Assembly (NCBI GenBank): GCA_016839785.1
Contig: JAEOTQ010000144.1
Location: 1 to 15,305, forward strand
From: Candidatus Hodarchaeota archaeon
GTDB lineage: Archaea > Asgardarchaeota > Heimdallarchaeia > Hodarchaeales > Hodarchaeaceae
Length of the DNA: 15,305 nt
Reading direction: 5' to 3'
Shown here one piece after another: positions 15,099 through 15,305 of the stretch (position 1 is its first letter; the number at the start of each line of letters is the position of its first letter). Position numbers and translations under genes: made by a program. The notes under the pieces were generated by a model. The model did no database searches, had not been told where the DNA came from, and saw only the letters and a program-made list of their open reading frames with translations.

Positions 15099-15305
15099 TC
15101 AATCTTGTTCAAGATAATCACAAAGTACTTCTTGAAAGAGAAATTCCTCATTAAATGAAAGAGGCTCTGCATCATAAATTTTCAAAGTACCTATCTTTTT
15201 AGATTGCATATCGAAATAAAAATTTTTCATCGTTACTTGTTTAAGTGCATCGAGGAATGAAATGACACGAGGTAAGATTTTTTCGATCTCCTGATTAAAG
15301 TTACA
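15099..15305 (-). CDS. Partial hypothetical protein (C-terminal 68 aa)
   Basis: Open frame from the window end to TGA at 15101-15099: CNFNQEIEKILPRVISFLDALKQ...QEVLCDYLEQD. No recognisable motif. Confidence 0.6.
   Translation of the reverse strand, partial: CNFNQEIEKILPRVISFLDALKQVTMKNFYFDMQSKKIGTLKIYDAEPLSFNEEFLFQEVLCDYLEQD

Noticed and set aside
1-15305. CRISPR arrays, tRNA/rRNA, IS elements, stop-codon recoding
   Set aside because: All intergenic gaps are under about 240 bp, with no repeat-spacer periodicity, cloverleaf, transposase or split ORF visible by eye.

Overview
AT-rich, gene-dense prokaryotic window that is most likely archaeal. An Asgard (Heimdallarchaeia/Lokiarchaeia-like) origin is inferred from a longin-like domain, a DGGGP-synthase-type UbiA protein, a Hef-like helicase and TATA-like promoters. 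It holds 11 complete CDS and 2 partial CDS, one at each edge and both absent from the ORF track. In order: a membrane-anchored surface protein with a duplicated domain (partial), K+-independent-type pyruvate kinase, a polytopic membrane protein that looks like an inactive CPBP/Abi protease fused to a longin-like domain, a DUF35 plus cysteine-less thiolase pair, a divergent same-strand run of GK5-like glycerol kinase, UbiA prenyltransferase, active CPBP protease with a zinc ribbon and MFS transporter, then a degenerate Hef/FANCM-like SF2 helicase, a DinB/YfiT metalloprotein, a degenerate PAS-histidine-kinase-like protein and a partial hypothetical CDS. No rRNA, tRNA, CRISPR or mobile element was seen. 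The strongest candidates for new biology are a lipid salvage/remodelling locus built around a metazoan-GK5-like kinase and the pseudoprotease-longin fusion. All family assignments come from motifs read by eye; no searches were run.
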